Shown here: positions 63,501 through 64,000 of the stretch, in pieces
How positions within the stretch are numbered: position 1 is the first letter of the stretch
How the letters are laid out: every line of letters starts with the position of its first letter
Origin: Tubulanus polymorphus
Lineage: Eukaryota > Animalia > Nemertea
Assembly: GCF_964204645.1 (NCBI RefSeq)
Contig: NC_134033.1
Coordinates: 7,944,655-8,008,654 of the forward strand
Direction of reading: 5' to 3'
Length of the DNA: 64,000 bases
Program-made: the position numbers and the translations under genes
The notes under the pieces: generated by a model
Told to the model about the DNA's origin: nothing
Seen by the model: only the letters and a program-made list of their open reading frames with translations
The model's database searches: none

Positions 63501-64000
63501 TTCTTTTGTCCTGATTATTTCTTACAGTCGTAATGTCTAAGCTAAATAAAAGCTGTGAATCAACAGTGGGGTGTAAGTTATCGTCTATTATCTGATTATC
63601 AGGCTCTATAAAATCTGGTATACAGGAAGTGTGAGCATTAAAGTCACCCGTAATTAGTACATTAAAATCATTTTCAATCTTTAGCTGTAACAATTCTAAT
63701 TCCATTTCATTAATTGCTCTATTCGAATAATATTTACTTGTTTCAGGGGGAATATAAACTACACCTAAGAGTACATTTTTGTCGAAGTTAAACAAACTTT
63801 TATCTAAGCAGTACCAGGATACAAAAGGGCAATCAGTTGATAATGGTTCAATCTTACTATCAAAACAACTCTTATAAATTATACCGATTCCACCTGAACT
63901 CCTTTTCGAAATTATTTTCCTGTTTTTAAAATGTGACACATACGAACCGGGTAAATCATTGGTTAGATTTCCATCGACATCGTCGAGGTGGGTTTCAGTT
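60520..64000 (-). mobile_element. APE-RT non-LTR retrotransposon (possibly RTE-X-like), frameshifted, continues beyond window
   Basis: Endonuclease (GDFNAH), RT (QAGFR, FVDFKKAFD, GLRQG, LYADD), LYGCEIWG/ELGRYP, C-terminal CPTC-x7-H-x4-C in another frame, stop at ~60671, AATAAA plus (TATTCG)3 tail. Confidence 0.92.

Overview
Eukaryotic (probably bilaterian invertebrate) AT-rich genomic DNA with no prokaryotic features. The only host gene is the 3' part of a spliced TMTC4-type protein O-mannosyltransferase on the + strand. It has 12 coding exons in the window (451-47753); all introns are GT-AG with compatible phases, and the 5' exons lie upstream of the window. Introns and the downstream flank are mostly nested transposable elements. 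These include about 17 Helentron-associated non-autonomous elements (HINE/DINE-like) in six families and many MITEs with TA, TTA, TTAA or 5-9 bp target duplications. There are also DIRS, BEL/Pao, Penelope and hAT fragments, a full-length frameshifted piggyBac (53374-56635) and an APE-RT LINE running off the right end. Most interesting observations: (1) the HINE central ~154-bp tandem repeat carries a near-consensus CTCF motif (16 copies seen, all on +); (2) every orientable HINE copy lies on the + strand; (3) a near-perfect copy of one TMTC4 exon sits just after another exon's donor and was then hit by a solo LTR containing a MITE; (4) the piggyBac has a 5'UTR intron, an internal LINE RT fragment and a 33-bp-arm hairpin. 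All calls were made by eye; TE family names are structure- or motif-based and need database confirmation.
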